A stretch of DNA of 64,000 bases from Eledone cirrhosa (taxonomy: Eukaryota): assembly GCA_964016885.1 (NCBI GenBank), contig OZ024741.1, forward strand, positions 108,500,001 through 108,564,000. The letters are read 5' to 3'. The position numbers and the translations under genes were made by a program. Shown here piece after piece: positions 50,914-64,000 of this stretch. The notes below the pieces were generated by a model. That model saw only the letters and a list, made by a program, of their open reading frames with translations. It was not told the DNA's origin and ran no database searches. Numbering within the stretch: position 1 is the first letter of the stretch; each line of letters starts with the position of its first letter.

Positions 50914-51744
50914 TGTATGTATGTATGACTTGTATTTTAGAAACAATGAGCGAAACTTGAAGTCTTTAAGAAAGTTAGAAGCTTCATCGAATTGTTTTGA
51001 CTACAGAAAAATAGTCTAAATAAAAGGGTATATAAGGCCCCTTAAGGGACAAAAATGGTCATTAGCACACATGGAATTCGAACACACATCTTCCTGCTTC
51101 TCGGGAGGACATGTTACCCGAAGCATAAATGTATGTATTGCATCTCGGCAAAGGATATAAACATTTACGAGAAATTCGATAATCAGGTGAATCCAAAAGA
51201 AATGAATCTTTTATGGCATTTGTTGCAGTTGAGTTTACAGGTGCTTTCATCACTCTTATTCTCAGAGATGTTGTGAAACCAGCTATTGTTCACAGATAAT
51301 GGTAAAAGACACATAAATAAATGTGCATTTGCTACTTTGCAAAATCATTCTTCTTTCCAACTTAGATTTATATACAGAACTTCAGTTTACACTCTTAAAG
51401 TTTAACCTCTGGTCAGCTCTATGATTCAAATTGTTCCAACAATTACGTTGACGCTTTTCAGCCATATTCCAGCCATAGTTTATCTCGGACAGTAGTTATT
51501 CCTGAATTTGTTTGCGGGGCACCACATAGTTTGACGAGATAAATTGTATTTTAATAAAGGAGCTATAACAATTAGACCATTTCAGAACCTGGTACTAGTA
51601 GTTTATTTATCAACCCTCGAGTCATGAAAAACAAAGATTCTTTCCGCATAATGATGAATAAATACATGCTTCTCAAAGAAAATAGATTCTTGAACATCCT
51701 TTTAACGATTTGTGTTAATATACTTTGTATTTGATCTTTTACAG

Positions 51745-51810
51745 ACACAGTACTTGGGAGCCAGAGGAAAATATCTTGGATCCTTTACTAATTAAATCAT
51801 TCGAAAAAAG
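51745..51810 (+). CDS. Pc: Internal exon of a Polycomb/CBX-type chromodomain gene (HSTWEPEENILDPLLIKSFEK)
   Basis: TTTTACAG acceptor, AG|GTGCGT donor; 66 nt, phase 2-2, matching as I recall the third coding exon of CBX2/4/6/7/8 (STWEPEENILDPRL). Confidence 0.8.
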
Positions 51811-52416
51811 GTGCGTATATTTCAATACTTACTGTCTGTGTTTATATATGTCCGTGTGCGAGTGTGTATGTATTGTGTGTATGTATGTGTAAGTTCAAAT
51901 TCCCCTGTGCTCTGCTTGAGTGGCAGATGTTGATCCTTTGCTCATTTTAACTCGACTACCTTCGTCATAGGTGCATATATTAGAGCCAACACTCTAGCAA
52001 ACATTCAGAGGCCGTCTTTGGCTTGCTAATAGATACCTCCTTTCTTAATCATATTAGAGACTCTGAAAATAAAGGGACGTGAGCGCTAGCATTCCCGCAC
52101 TGACGTTACAGTAACAAAAGCTTACAACTCTAAAACAAAACTAACGACAGGCCAAAAGGCATATGCAATTTCAGGAGCATATTTATGTTGCTAAAATGAC
52201 TGTAAATTCATATGGTTAATTCTCCCTCACCGATGATACTAATTAACCATTGAACTTAACCATTCCAAATGTGAAACATGTTTCTGAAGCCATTAAGGAA
52301 TTATGTACGAGAGAGTTAAATCTAAACTATAATAAAGTAAGGAGTACGGGACTGCGTATGGTTTATTTCTTTTAATCCAGTTAGTAAAATAAGTTTAATT
52401 AATTTGAATAAATAAT

Positions 52417-52603
52417 TGTTTCTACTTTTGGCACAAGGCCAGCAATTATCCAGTGCATTACTGGTACTTTATTTTATCGACCCCGTAAGGATGAAAGGCA
52501 AAGTTAACCTCGGCGGGATTTGAACTCAAACCATAAAGGGGCGTAACTCTTTGCTGCAAAGCATGGCGTCAGACCCTCTACCGATACTGCCAGTCCACCG
52601 CCC
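52417..52603 (-). mobile_element. Young full-length tRNA-derived SINE
   Basis: Perfect 17-bp TSD TAATTTGAATAAATAAT (52400-52416/52604-52620). Confidence 0.95.
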
Positions 52604-53089
52604 TAATTTGAATAAATAATGAATGAATATTACATAATTTATCTGCTAAATTTCGTGGCTGTTGATTAAATATATTTTATCGCTTATTTTAAGATTCTCT
52701 TCTTTAAAATGTTCAAATGTCAACACTCCCGGTTAGCGATCGATTAAATAAACATTCATATATTTCCGTCACTAATTTTCTCCTAATGCAGTTTATATAT
52801 AATGTCGTCTTTTTTAATTTATCATGGATTCCGTTACGATTTTATTTGATGTATCATATCTACATGCATATATACTTGCGTATAATATCAATATGCACAC
52901 TACACAAGCTAGCAGAAAACAACCCGAAGGGTGATTTTTCCGCTAGTAGTTATTTAATGACCGGCATCTACCATTTGATATTTTTCATAAACTGGCTATA
53001 CTGCTCATTTGTAATCATATGTTCTTACATTCTTTGCAAATTATCTCCTGCTTTAATGTTATATATATTTCTATATATGTCATTCTCTT

Positions 53090-53135
<46 letters not shown>

Positions 53136-54029
53136 GTGTGTGTGTTAGACACATATCTATATACGTCATTCGCTTTTGAATATATGTGTATATATATATA
53201 TATGTTCGATATATATCCCGGAAAGAAGTCGATCACGGATAAATGTCTTATTTTTGCCCCAAAATTTAAATTTTGCCACGCATTACATTTTTGTATATAT
53301 ATATATATTTTAAACATTGGAAGTGAAAACTCCGCCTACATCGTCCGTAAGATAGAAACAGGTAGTTGCTCACTGAATTGAACAACCAGGGGTAAATTGT
53401 AGTTCACGCCACTAATGTGTTTCAAGTAAACATCACGAACCCCAAAACACGTGAAACTTGAGTAGCATGTCCCGTCTTTTTTCCTGCCTTACGGAGGACT
53501 AGTCAAGCAAAGTACCAATTACAAAACAAAAAGAAAAAAGAAATAGTGGCTGACACTAGCTACAATAAAAACATGAACAGTAGTAACAGAACCATTAAGA
53601 ATAATGTTTTTATTTAAAACCCAAATGGCACCACATTTATTTTTAGTACTATTCAGAACAATACTACCACCGCCATCGCCATCAACCCTATTACCTCAAC
53701 CAAAAATATAACCACTAAAAGCAACAACCTCATCATAATGTAGTTTAAGTTTCGGTGGTCTTATTCGCGCCAGTCATCAAACTGGTACTTTTCGAACCAC
53801 GCGAAGACTAAGCTTATTTACAGACGGCCTTTACTCACCACGTCGTAGCTACGTCACTGGGTGGGGAGAGTTTTCTTGGGAGTTGCACGTATCACCCATT
53901 ACTCCATGTCACCTAGTAGTTTACCGCTGTTGGTCGGGGGTTGCTCATTCCTCCGACAGTTGCCCGCTTATAACGCAACTAGCCATTATATCTGTTGGCC
54001 ATATCGCTATCCGTCACCTGCGACCCGTT

Positions 54030-54230
54030 CTCTGGCAGAACAGCAGGAGGCTGAATTAAGTGCAAGAATTGCAAAAGCTGCTGCTGTAATGCACCAGTTT
54101 CAGCCTCCAGTATTCAGAAGAAGGGAGGTAGGCATACAAGCCAAACTCGCTGTCTTCTATTCGGTTGTTCTGCCAACCGTTACCTATGGACATGGATCTT
54201 GGGTAATGAATGAAAGCGATCAAATTGATC
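54030..54230 (+). pseudogene. RTE-clade LINE fragment
   Basis: AELSARIAKAAA...AKLAVFYSVVLPTVTYGHGSW, typical of the RTE post-RT region. Confidence 0.7.
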
Positions 54231-54282
54231 AAAGTAATGAAGAGAACGATCCAATTAGATGATAAGATTTGCTTTTTAATCA

Positions 54283-55400
54283 TCTAGGCGGTATCCATCA
54301 CTTTCCTAATTATTCTGGTAGAGCCTAGTAGGCATGCATTTTGTAAAACTCTATACCAAGATCAAATCCAATTTGTTGTAAGAATGTCTGTTACAAACTC
54401 CCCCAAAAAGATTTAGTTTCGTTGCATCTCCGTAGAAAATAATCACCTTGAAGCAGCACTATTGGCTTCAATTGTGAGCGCCTAAAAGAAATATTGTCAA
54501 TAGTTTAATTATTACTCACAAGAGCAAGATAGTTTGGTAATGTAGACGCACTCTTCAAAAGCAAAGCCTCACCAGAGAACATTCTATTGTTCCTAGACTC
54601 AGAACTACTACGTAAATTTTCCTCCCTCTTTAGGATGAAAATCCGTAATGGGTCTGTATTTCGGCTGGCACATCGGAGTTGGACATCCGATGGTTTGGGG
54701 CCTGTGTTCTACTGGAGAGGAGCGACATCCTACTGGACATTAAAAGAACGTGATAGTAGTACAGGTCTCGTACCAGTTTGGGTGTCCTTCTTCATATCAA
54801 ATCGGAGAACTTGGATAAGATCCCAAAACTTATTTGGATGCTGAATGGGGTCGAAATGGGTGTTGCAATTGAAGGCTTTTATTTGTCTCGTGTTGTTGTT
54901 ATTAATATTATATTTTATTTGTCTGGTGATGGTAGTGACAGTGTTTGGCTAGTTGTTGGCGGTGGAGGAAAATACATGACTCTCTGCTATGGTTTCACAT
55001 GTCTTGTAATTGTTGCTGTTGCCTTCTGTCATTATTGCAACGGCAATGGGAAAGGGAGTATATATTTGTGTTGAAAAAGAAAGAGGTTAATCATATTGCA
55101 TTGTTCGACCATCATTCCAAACATATCTCTTTCACTTTCTGCCACGTGGGGCACGATCTTTGATTGTGTTTCATTGGGAAGCCGATGTTAATAATTTCCC
55201 TTCCCAGTGGAGGACTGGCCAGGATCTGCCTTCAGGTGTGAAAGCGTATAACATGATTTTCTGAGCCATGAGAGTTCAGACATATCATGATCGATAGTTT
55301 CTTCTGTGCCACATTGCAACAAGTTTGGTTTCAAGAATCGACTTTATTCGTGGGGATTTTCGGAGTGATGCTTACTTGAAGATTTCATTATCATCATAAT
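54283..55400 (-). pseudogene. Highly decayed R4/Dong-like (restriction-like endonuclease) non-LTR element, 3' part
   Basis: Minus strand QCGTEETIDH knuckle remnant (~55260-55325) and C-terminal LQNACLLGSTRIIRKVMDTA*. Confidence 0.55.
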
Positions 55401-56509
55401 TAATTGTTGAGTTGGGTGATGAACGTTTAAGAGCTACTTTCTCGGACTTCTTGACTTCATCACCCTGCTCTCTCATTCTTACTTTCATATCGTGAATCTC
55501 CTTTTCCTTCTTTTGAATGGTTCTCACTTGTTCTGAAACAAAACTAGCCAAGAAAGAAGACATCTGATTTTCGCGTGGTGTTTCAAGGAAATCCTTCTCT
55601 TCAGATGGGACATCCTTTCGTTCGAGAACATCAATGTCCGCGGGATCTCATTTCCAAATCTTACGCTTTTCAATTGCTTTGTAAGACAGCATCGACTTTT
55701 TTCCCGTTCATCAACAATTCCTCTATTGAAGTGCTGATGATTTTTCCGTTTTGTTAGGACTTGTTGCCCCCATACTTGTTGGATATTCTGACTAGTGCCT
55801 TTTACGGTAACTGAAGTTGTGTCCCCGATTTAGAGGTGATGGTAGTAAAAACTCAAGAGCACTTGTTTGGAAGGGAGTCACGTCTGAGGCTTTTTCTCAG
55901 GCAGCCAAATAGTATTTCTGTTTTCCATTAATCGATACATTTTATTTTAATGAGCATTCGGGTTCTTAAATTTCTGCAACACATTCATGCTATGAAAAGC
56001 AAAAGAGAAGAATATTTTTTCGTGACTTAATAACAACGGATGGAACTTCACGAAAACCAACGTGTTTCCTTCTCGTTAACAAAACCAGAACTGAACCAAC
56101 AATGCAATAAACCTTAGAAACGTATTATTAACTCATTACCTTGTCGAATTATAAAAACAAGTCACAGATGGAAAATTATTCCTACATACTTAGTTTAAGT
56201 TTATGGTTCATTTTGTTTTATTTTAGTATCTATAAACGGTAGAAACGTCTTTTGCATGTACCAAGTTAAAACGGACAACGATGCAACCTGGGTACAATCA
56301 ACAAGTGTTGAAGTAAACGTTTTGTATTCAAAAAGCACCAAAATCTGCAACTCTAAATGTATTCGCATCTCTTGGAATTTTCGCGTGTATAGGTTGTATG
56401 TCTAATGGATTCAGTGTGCAATCATCAGTGATTCCCCGCAACAATCTTTCTCTATATATATGAAACACAGTAATATATATATATATTACCGTGTTTCATA
56501 TATAGATAT

Positions 56510-58063
<1,554 letters not shown>

Positions 58064-58616
58064 TATAATATTATCGTTTACATGATGGAACGTGCACAGA
58101 TACTGCTGCATTTAAAACAATTTCAAATGTGTTCATGCATCACACAGTCTGTTTTCATTAGCTGTGTATATGTTAGTGTGCGTATGCTAGCTTAAATGAA
58201 TGTGAGTATGCGTGTGTGTTTATTTATTTAGTGTTTCATTACCAGGAAGATAGTTACAACCTATGTTCTTCACTGTTGCTCTGCCTACTTTATCACAACA
58301 TCTCTGGCACTCTCACCTTAAAATGGCGCTTTCAAATTTTTTTACTAAATAAACTAAACTATCAGATATTGCACACATACGAATGTGCCCTTGCACAGAC
58401 ACACAGACAGACAGACTCACACACATATATATATATACATATACGTATGTTTTCGTATGAAAGCTACGATAAAAGCATGTGATGGTGTAGAGGGATGTAC
58501 TGTTTAAGGCAAGTTATAAAAAAGATACGATAAAACTACAGAGGGGCGAAGACAGATTAATATATGAATACGTGAAAAGATAGAAGGTAAATATAGATAC
58601 TACTATCTACATGTAT

Positions 58617-58761
<145 letters not shown>

Positions 58762-59567
58762 GACATCCTAGACGCGTAAATCTGTCCAAGATTTCTTGAC
58801 TGAGATAATTTTTCAACAGCCAATATAAAGGGTTGTAATGATATATATTAATGTGGCAACAGTTTATTTGACTTGAAGAATTAAGGAATAGATTAAAAAT
58901 ATAGGAAAATACCAGTGTCATGAAATATATAAAATAACATGTGCGTATTTGTGTGTGTAGGGTTGTATGTGTGTTGTTGTGTGTGTGTATATGTATGTAT
59001 GTTGCATTGTTGCATGTGTGCAAATGTGTTTGGGTTGCAACCGCTACATGCAGATATTCTGGAAGGTTTACTATAAGGTAACCATATATATATTTTCCTT
59101 ATATGGGTTTATTTCAAATTCATTCTTTCCGTTTGTTTATTCCACATAGACATTTGACGTAGCCTAAGCTTATATCTTACTGCATCTAGAACATTGACAG
59201 TGAGCTAATGCTTGAATAAAATCTGTCGAGTCGTGCCTTGTGACGCTGATGTGTGTCTTGCGTTACATATATATAATTGGTGTGAGGTACGGGTGAAGTA
59301 ACTCTGTAGATGTTTCAGCTCCTCTACTGAGACACCAGAGCTACTTAGGGGCCACCCACGATGTAGCTGAAGAAACCCTTGTACACCAGCACATTCTTAA
59401 TTATGTCTGATGTTGTGACTCCGAACGATGCGTCATATATATATATAGATTGAGATTTATAAGTTTAGCCTAGTAAGATTATTGTTCAACTTAGTACCCG
59501 ATACTTAAGAACGCTGAGTCTAGGTATTATACACCAATATATATATATATATATAATTATATATATA

Positions 59568-59616
<49 letters not shown>

Positions 59617-60619
59617 ATAATAATAAATGTGAAGACTAAACTCCAAAAAAGGGTTCGATAAGGATATATATATATATATATAGCGTTACGTATACATAGA
59701 TTTATGTAGACAGTTGTTACCACCTTGCCTGTTATTTCTATTCAGTGTTATACAAACAATGAAAATATATGAACAACGGAACAACCGAACGCCAACTTCT
59801 TTAAGAGAGATTTGCGATTACAGAAAGACGTTAAAACGATATAAATGACGCGAGTGGGTGGTAGTAATAAAATAACGGAAAGCCAGCATACTTTTGAAAT
59901 ATGGCACGTGCCTGGACGTGGGGGTGTAAAGTGTAAAATAGCAGAAAAAAAGGTGTTAGAGCCAGCATATATAGGGAGAGGCAATTAAAAAGTAGTTTAG
60001 TAAAGACTATAGAGAAACTTCGAGCCAGATATAATCAGCTCTATATTACGTTATGTAGGCTTTTCACTGCGGTGTCGTTTTACACAATGTTCTTTTCCGT
60101 TATATTCTTACACATTTATTTACTACCTTATTTAAGTTTCTCATTATTTTATATTTACTTTTTTTTTTCTGTATGCATGTATGATTTTTTTTGTCTAGCT
60201 TACTTTTTTCGTTCGGATTTCTCTTTTTCTTCACTTTTTTATTATCCTGCCCTTTCTTTCTGTATCTCATTTTCTTTCTTACTTTTATTCTCTTTTCTTT
60301 GTTTCTTTTTCTTTCTCTCTTTCTGTTTGTCTTCCTTTCTTTCTCACCTTCTTTCTCTCTTCATCTATATATATATGATGTCTATTTATCTGTTAACCCC
60401 TTTAAAACCATATATATATATATATATATAATACCGAGGATAACTACATTTAAGGAATAAAATATATAAGCAGAGCATATGACGAAAGAATATACTTTTT
60501 TCATATATATATATATATATAGGCATTAACATAAGGGACATTCATACATATAGATATTAACACGAGGTATATTCAAATGTCAAATGACAAGATCACTGAA
60601 ACCGTCGAAATATCTTGGC

Positions 60620-61050
60620 TCCAGAATCAGTTCTTCGTTTGATGGTTTCAAACAACTCCGTACAATTACCTATGACAAATACTGACAAGTTCAAAACATA
60701 TGGAAGTACCCCAGCATTACAGCAAATTAAAAACTACATCTCTTTGATTCTTTAATCCTGTCAATGTTGTTTTATGGGGCTGAGTCATGGACACTCACCA
60801 AACGCATGGCTAATATACTGAACTCTTTTGGTACCACATGATACATGTATATTTTCTGTGTTAAACGAATTGACTACGTTAAAACTGAAAATATGTAACA
60901 GATCAAGAATCATTACTCATGACAGCTAATAACATTAAGACATTGGTTAAGAACAAACAACAGTCCAGTATCACAATTAGCTCTCTAATGGCAAGAACAA
61001 GTGAGGCCGCCTAAGAAAAATCTACTTCAAAAACATAGAGGATTTAATGA
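60620..61050 (+). pseudogene. Decayed RTE-like LINE 3' fragment
   Basis: NIWK..I...KLHLFDSLILSMLFYGAESWTLTK..ANILNSF. Confidence 0.7.
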
Positions 61051-61201
61051 ACAAAAACGCTGAAGAACTTAGAGCCCTCGATTTAAGCTTAGAAGAGTGG
61101 AGAAGCATAGTCGAGCTGTATGATACATACTCCTGTATAATAATAATAACGATAATATATGTATATATATGTGTGTGTGTATATATATAAATGAGTATGC
61201 A

Positions 61202-61455
<254 letters not shown>

Positions 61456-62224
61456 AAAACTTACAGAATAGAAGAGACAGAGCCTCAGTTGTTTCCTCAC
61501 TCAATAATTTAATATTAAGAAGAGATATTATCTCGAAAATTAAGGACATTTAAATAAATTCAAGGTGAAAGACGAATTCTCATCAATATCTTTCACTATT
61601 GCATTCTTTTTTCTATGTCCATATCTGCATTGTCTTGGCCTTATTACACATATTCTAACGTTAATATTTATTAATTTAATATATTATTAAGGTACGTACC
61701 TAACCGATTAGAGTGTGCATTTTAATCAGAGGAAGGCGACTTCGTGTGGGTAGTAAATATATATATGCATAAATATAAGAGATAATAGGTGTAACTCAAT
61801 GACGATGATGAGGATGTGGATAGGTACGTAGGTATATATGTATACGTATGTGTCTTCTTATGTGGATGCCATGTGTTTAGTTTGTGATATGAATATCATT
61901 TATTTTCAATTTACATATATATCTAAATATTCACTTGGTAAAAAGGGCTTATGTTAAAACTGGCAATTCTGTCTAGATTATTCTTTTTACAACTTTCACT
62001 ACTCCTTATATTTGGCAAATATCATGTAAATAGAAAGTAATTTCTGTAACATCATAGATGCATTATATTCTTTATCTTGGTATTGCGTACTTTTCCTGGA
62101 GTTCGTAAAATCAAAGAGACACAAATACACACACATACACACACACACTCTCTCTCTCTCTCTCTCTCTCTCTCATACACAAACACACTATTGAACACAC
62201 ACTCACAGAAACACACAGAAACAC

Positions 62225-64000
62225 ACTTCTGGGTGAGTGCAAACGCCTTGGCCGTCACCTCGTTCCAGTTCTTCTCCACCTGGAGGTCCGCACCAAACCA
62301 GACCCCGAGCAGCTTTACCGGACCTTCCGTCCAACGTCCGACGACGCCATCGGAAGGCATCGGTTTGCCTCTCCACGATCCGAGTTGCAAACCGATGGAC
62401 TTGTCCCGGTTCAGATTCGCTCCTGTGAACCTTTCGTATTCCTTCAGTAAGGTGCCGACTTCCTCTATTTGCGAGGCACTCGACACCATTACTGTCACGC
62501 CGTCGGTGGAGGCCGACGCCGCTTTCCGCAGTCCCGGTTCCAGAGGATGCCCTGCAATAGATCCAACTTCCGCAGTAGTGGCTCGAGAGTCAGTACGTAG
62601 AGAAGGGAGGAGAGAGGGCATCCCTGTCGAATGGATCGCGTGATATGGAACGGCTCCGAAAAGTTGCCGTTCACCTTGACCCTTGAGCAGCCCCTGAACA
62701 CGGGTCCGAAACCTGCCGCCTCGAGCACAGCATCCAGGTAACGATGGTCAACCCTATCGAAAGCCTTAGACTGATACAAGTTGATCAGGGCCCCACCGAA
62801 GCCGGGTTTACACCCTACCCTCTCTATGATATATCGCATGAGGTGGAGGTTGTCGTGTATGGACCTGGTCGGGATTCCGCATGTCTGCGCTTCTCCCACC
62901 AGGTTTTCGACGACAAGCGCCAGCCTCTTTGCCAACACATTGGCCAAAATCTGTAACTCTGTGTTTAGCAGAGTTATGGGCCGGAAGTTGCCTATGTCAT
63001 CCCCCTTATTCTCGTCCTTCCTGACTAGTGTGATTACGCCCCCGGTCACAGAACTGGGAATTCTCCCGTTCTGTTGCCAGTTGCCGTAGACCGGTTCCAA
63101 GAGACCGGAGAATGAGTCCGGCATTGCTACGTTAAATTCGTAGGGTAGACCGTCGAGACCTGGAGATTTACGTTTGCCGCATTGGCTCAGCGCGTCCCCT
63201 ATCTTAGCGGCCGAAATCGGCTTTTCGCAATACTTTGCCTCGCTGTCCGAGATTCGCGGTAGGCCGTCGAGGTATGGACCAAAATCCATAGCCCCTCCCG
63301 GCGCGCCGTCCTGCCCGAACAGTTGAGCAAAGTGCCGCTGAAAGGCCGCACACATCTCCTTAGGCCTACGTATCACACGTCCGTTTTGGTCCTTCAAAGA
63401 CCGAATCGTGGACTTGTTGCCACTTTTTGCCTCCGTCACTCGGGCCCAGCTAACAGCTTGGGCTCCCTCGTTTCCCAGAGCACGTATTTTGCTTCTGACA
63501 ACGCAGCCCTCGTGCTTTGCGTCGAAGAACTGGTCCAAGGCCGTTCTCGTTGCTAGCACGCTGGCTACGTTGCCACTTCTAATTGCCTCTTCTACTTTAT
63601 CTACCAGTTCCTTCTCGGTTATATTTCTATCTAACGCTAATTCTTTACTAAACACTAATGAGTCTAATCTAACTGCCCTCTTGAGAGAGTACCACCATCT
63701 GTTGTTGACAATGTCCCCTGTCAAGTGCTGTTTAACTAAAGTGCTAATCCGTCTACTGTAGGCTTTGCATGTCGGTAACGACAAGTTCAGCTTCCAGTAG
63801 CCGGGTCCTTGTCTATGGCTTCTATCAAGGTTGACCATGCAGGTCACTAGTTTGTGATCTGAATAGGCAACCATGAACATTTGTGGACAGCTTAACATGT
63901 CCCTATCCTTCTTTCTAACTAGAACCCTATCTAGGTACGATCTAGATGTTCCGCTGAGATTAGTCCACGCCCACAATGGAACAGTCGGAAAATCTAGTCG
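62225..64000 (-). pseudogene. Diverged, disrupted Tx1-like ORF2 from a related subfamily; runs off the window end
   Basis: ORF 62495-63976 aligns to copy 1/2 ORF2; LINLYQSKAFD, an in-frame deletion, a frameshift before the YADD region, and the 3' part lost at 62225. Confidence 0.9.

Overview
Eukaryotic, AT-rich, microsatellite-dense DNA. The SINE types and repeat load suggest an octopod cephalopod (inference). The only recognisable host coding sequence is a 66-nt Polycomb/CBX-type chromodomain exon (51745-51810, +), so most of the window is probably giant intron. The dominant feature is a head-to-tail pair of young, full-length Tx1-like (L1 clade) retrotransposons (9829-21493, -), each bounded by (ATT)n; a diverged relative lies at the right edge. 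An abundant tRNA-derived SINE shares a 3' stem-loop (CUUGU loop) and an ATT-starting target site with this Tx1, suggesting a SINE-LINE partnership. The window also holds about ten minimal type-I hammerhead ribozyme motifs of Penelope-like pLTR type. Several sit in ORF-less fold-back inverted repeats that all point outward into (TA)n tracts. Also present: decayed CR1, RTE and R4/Dong-like LINEs, non-autonomous Helitrons and an (ATGT)n-associated non-autonomous retroelement.
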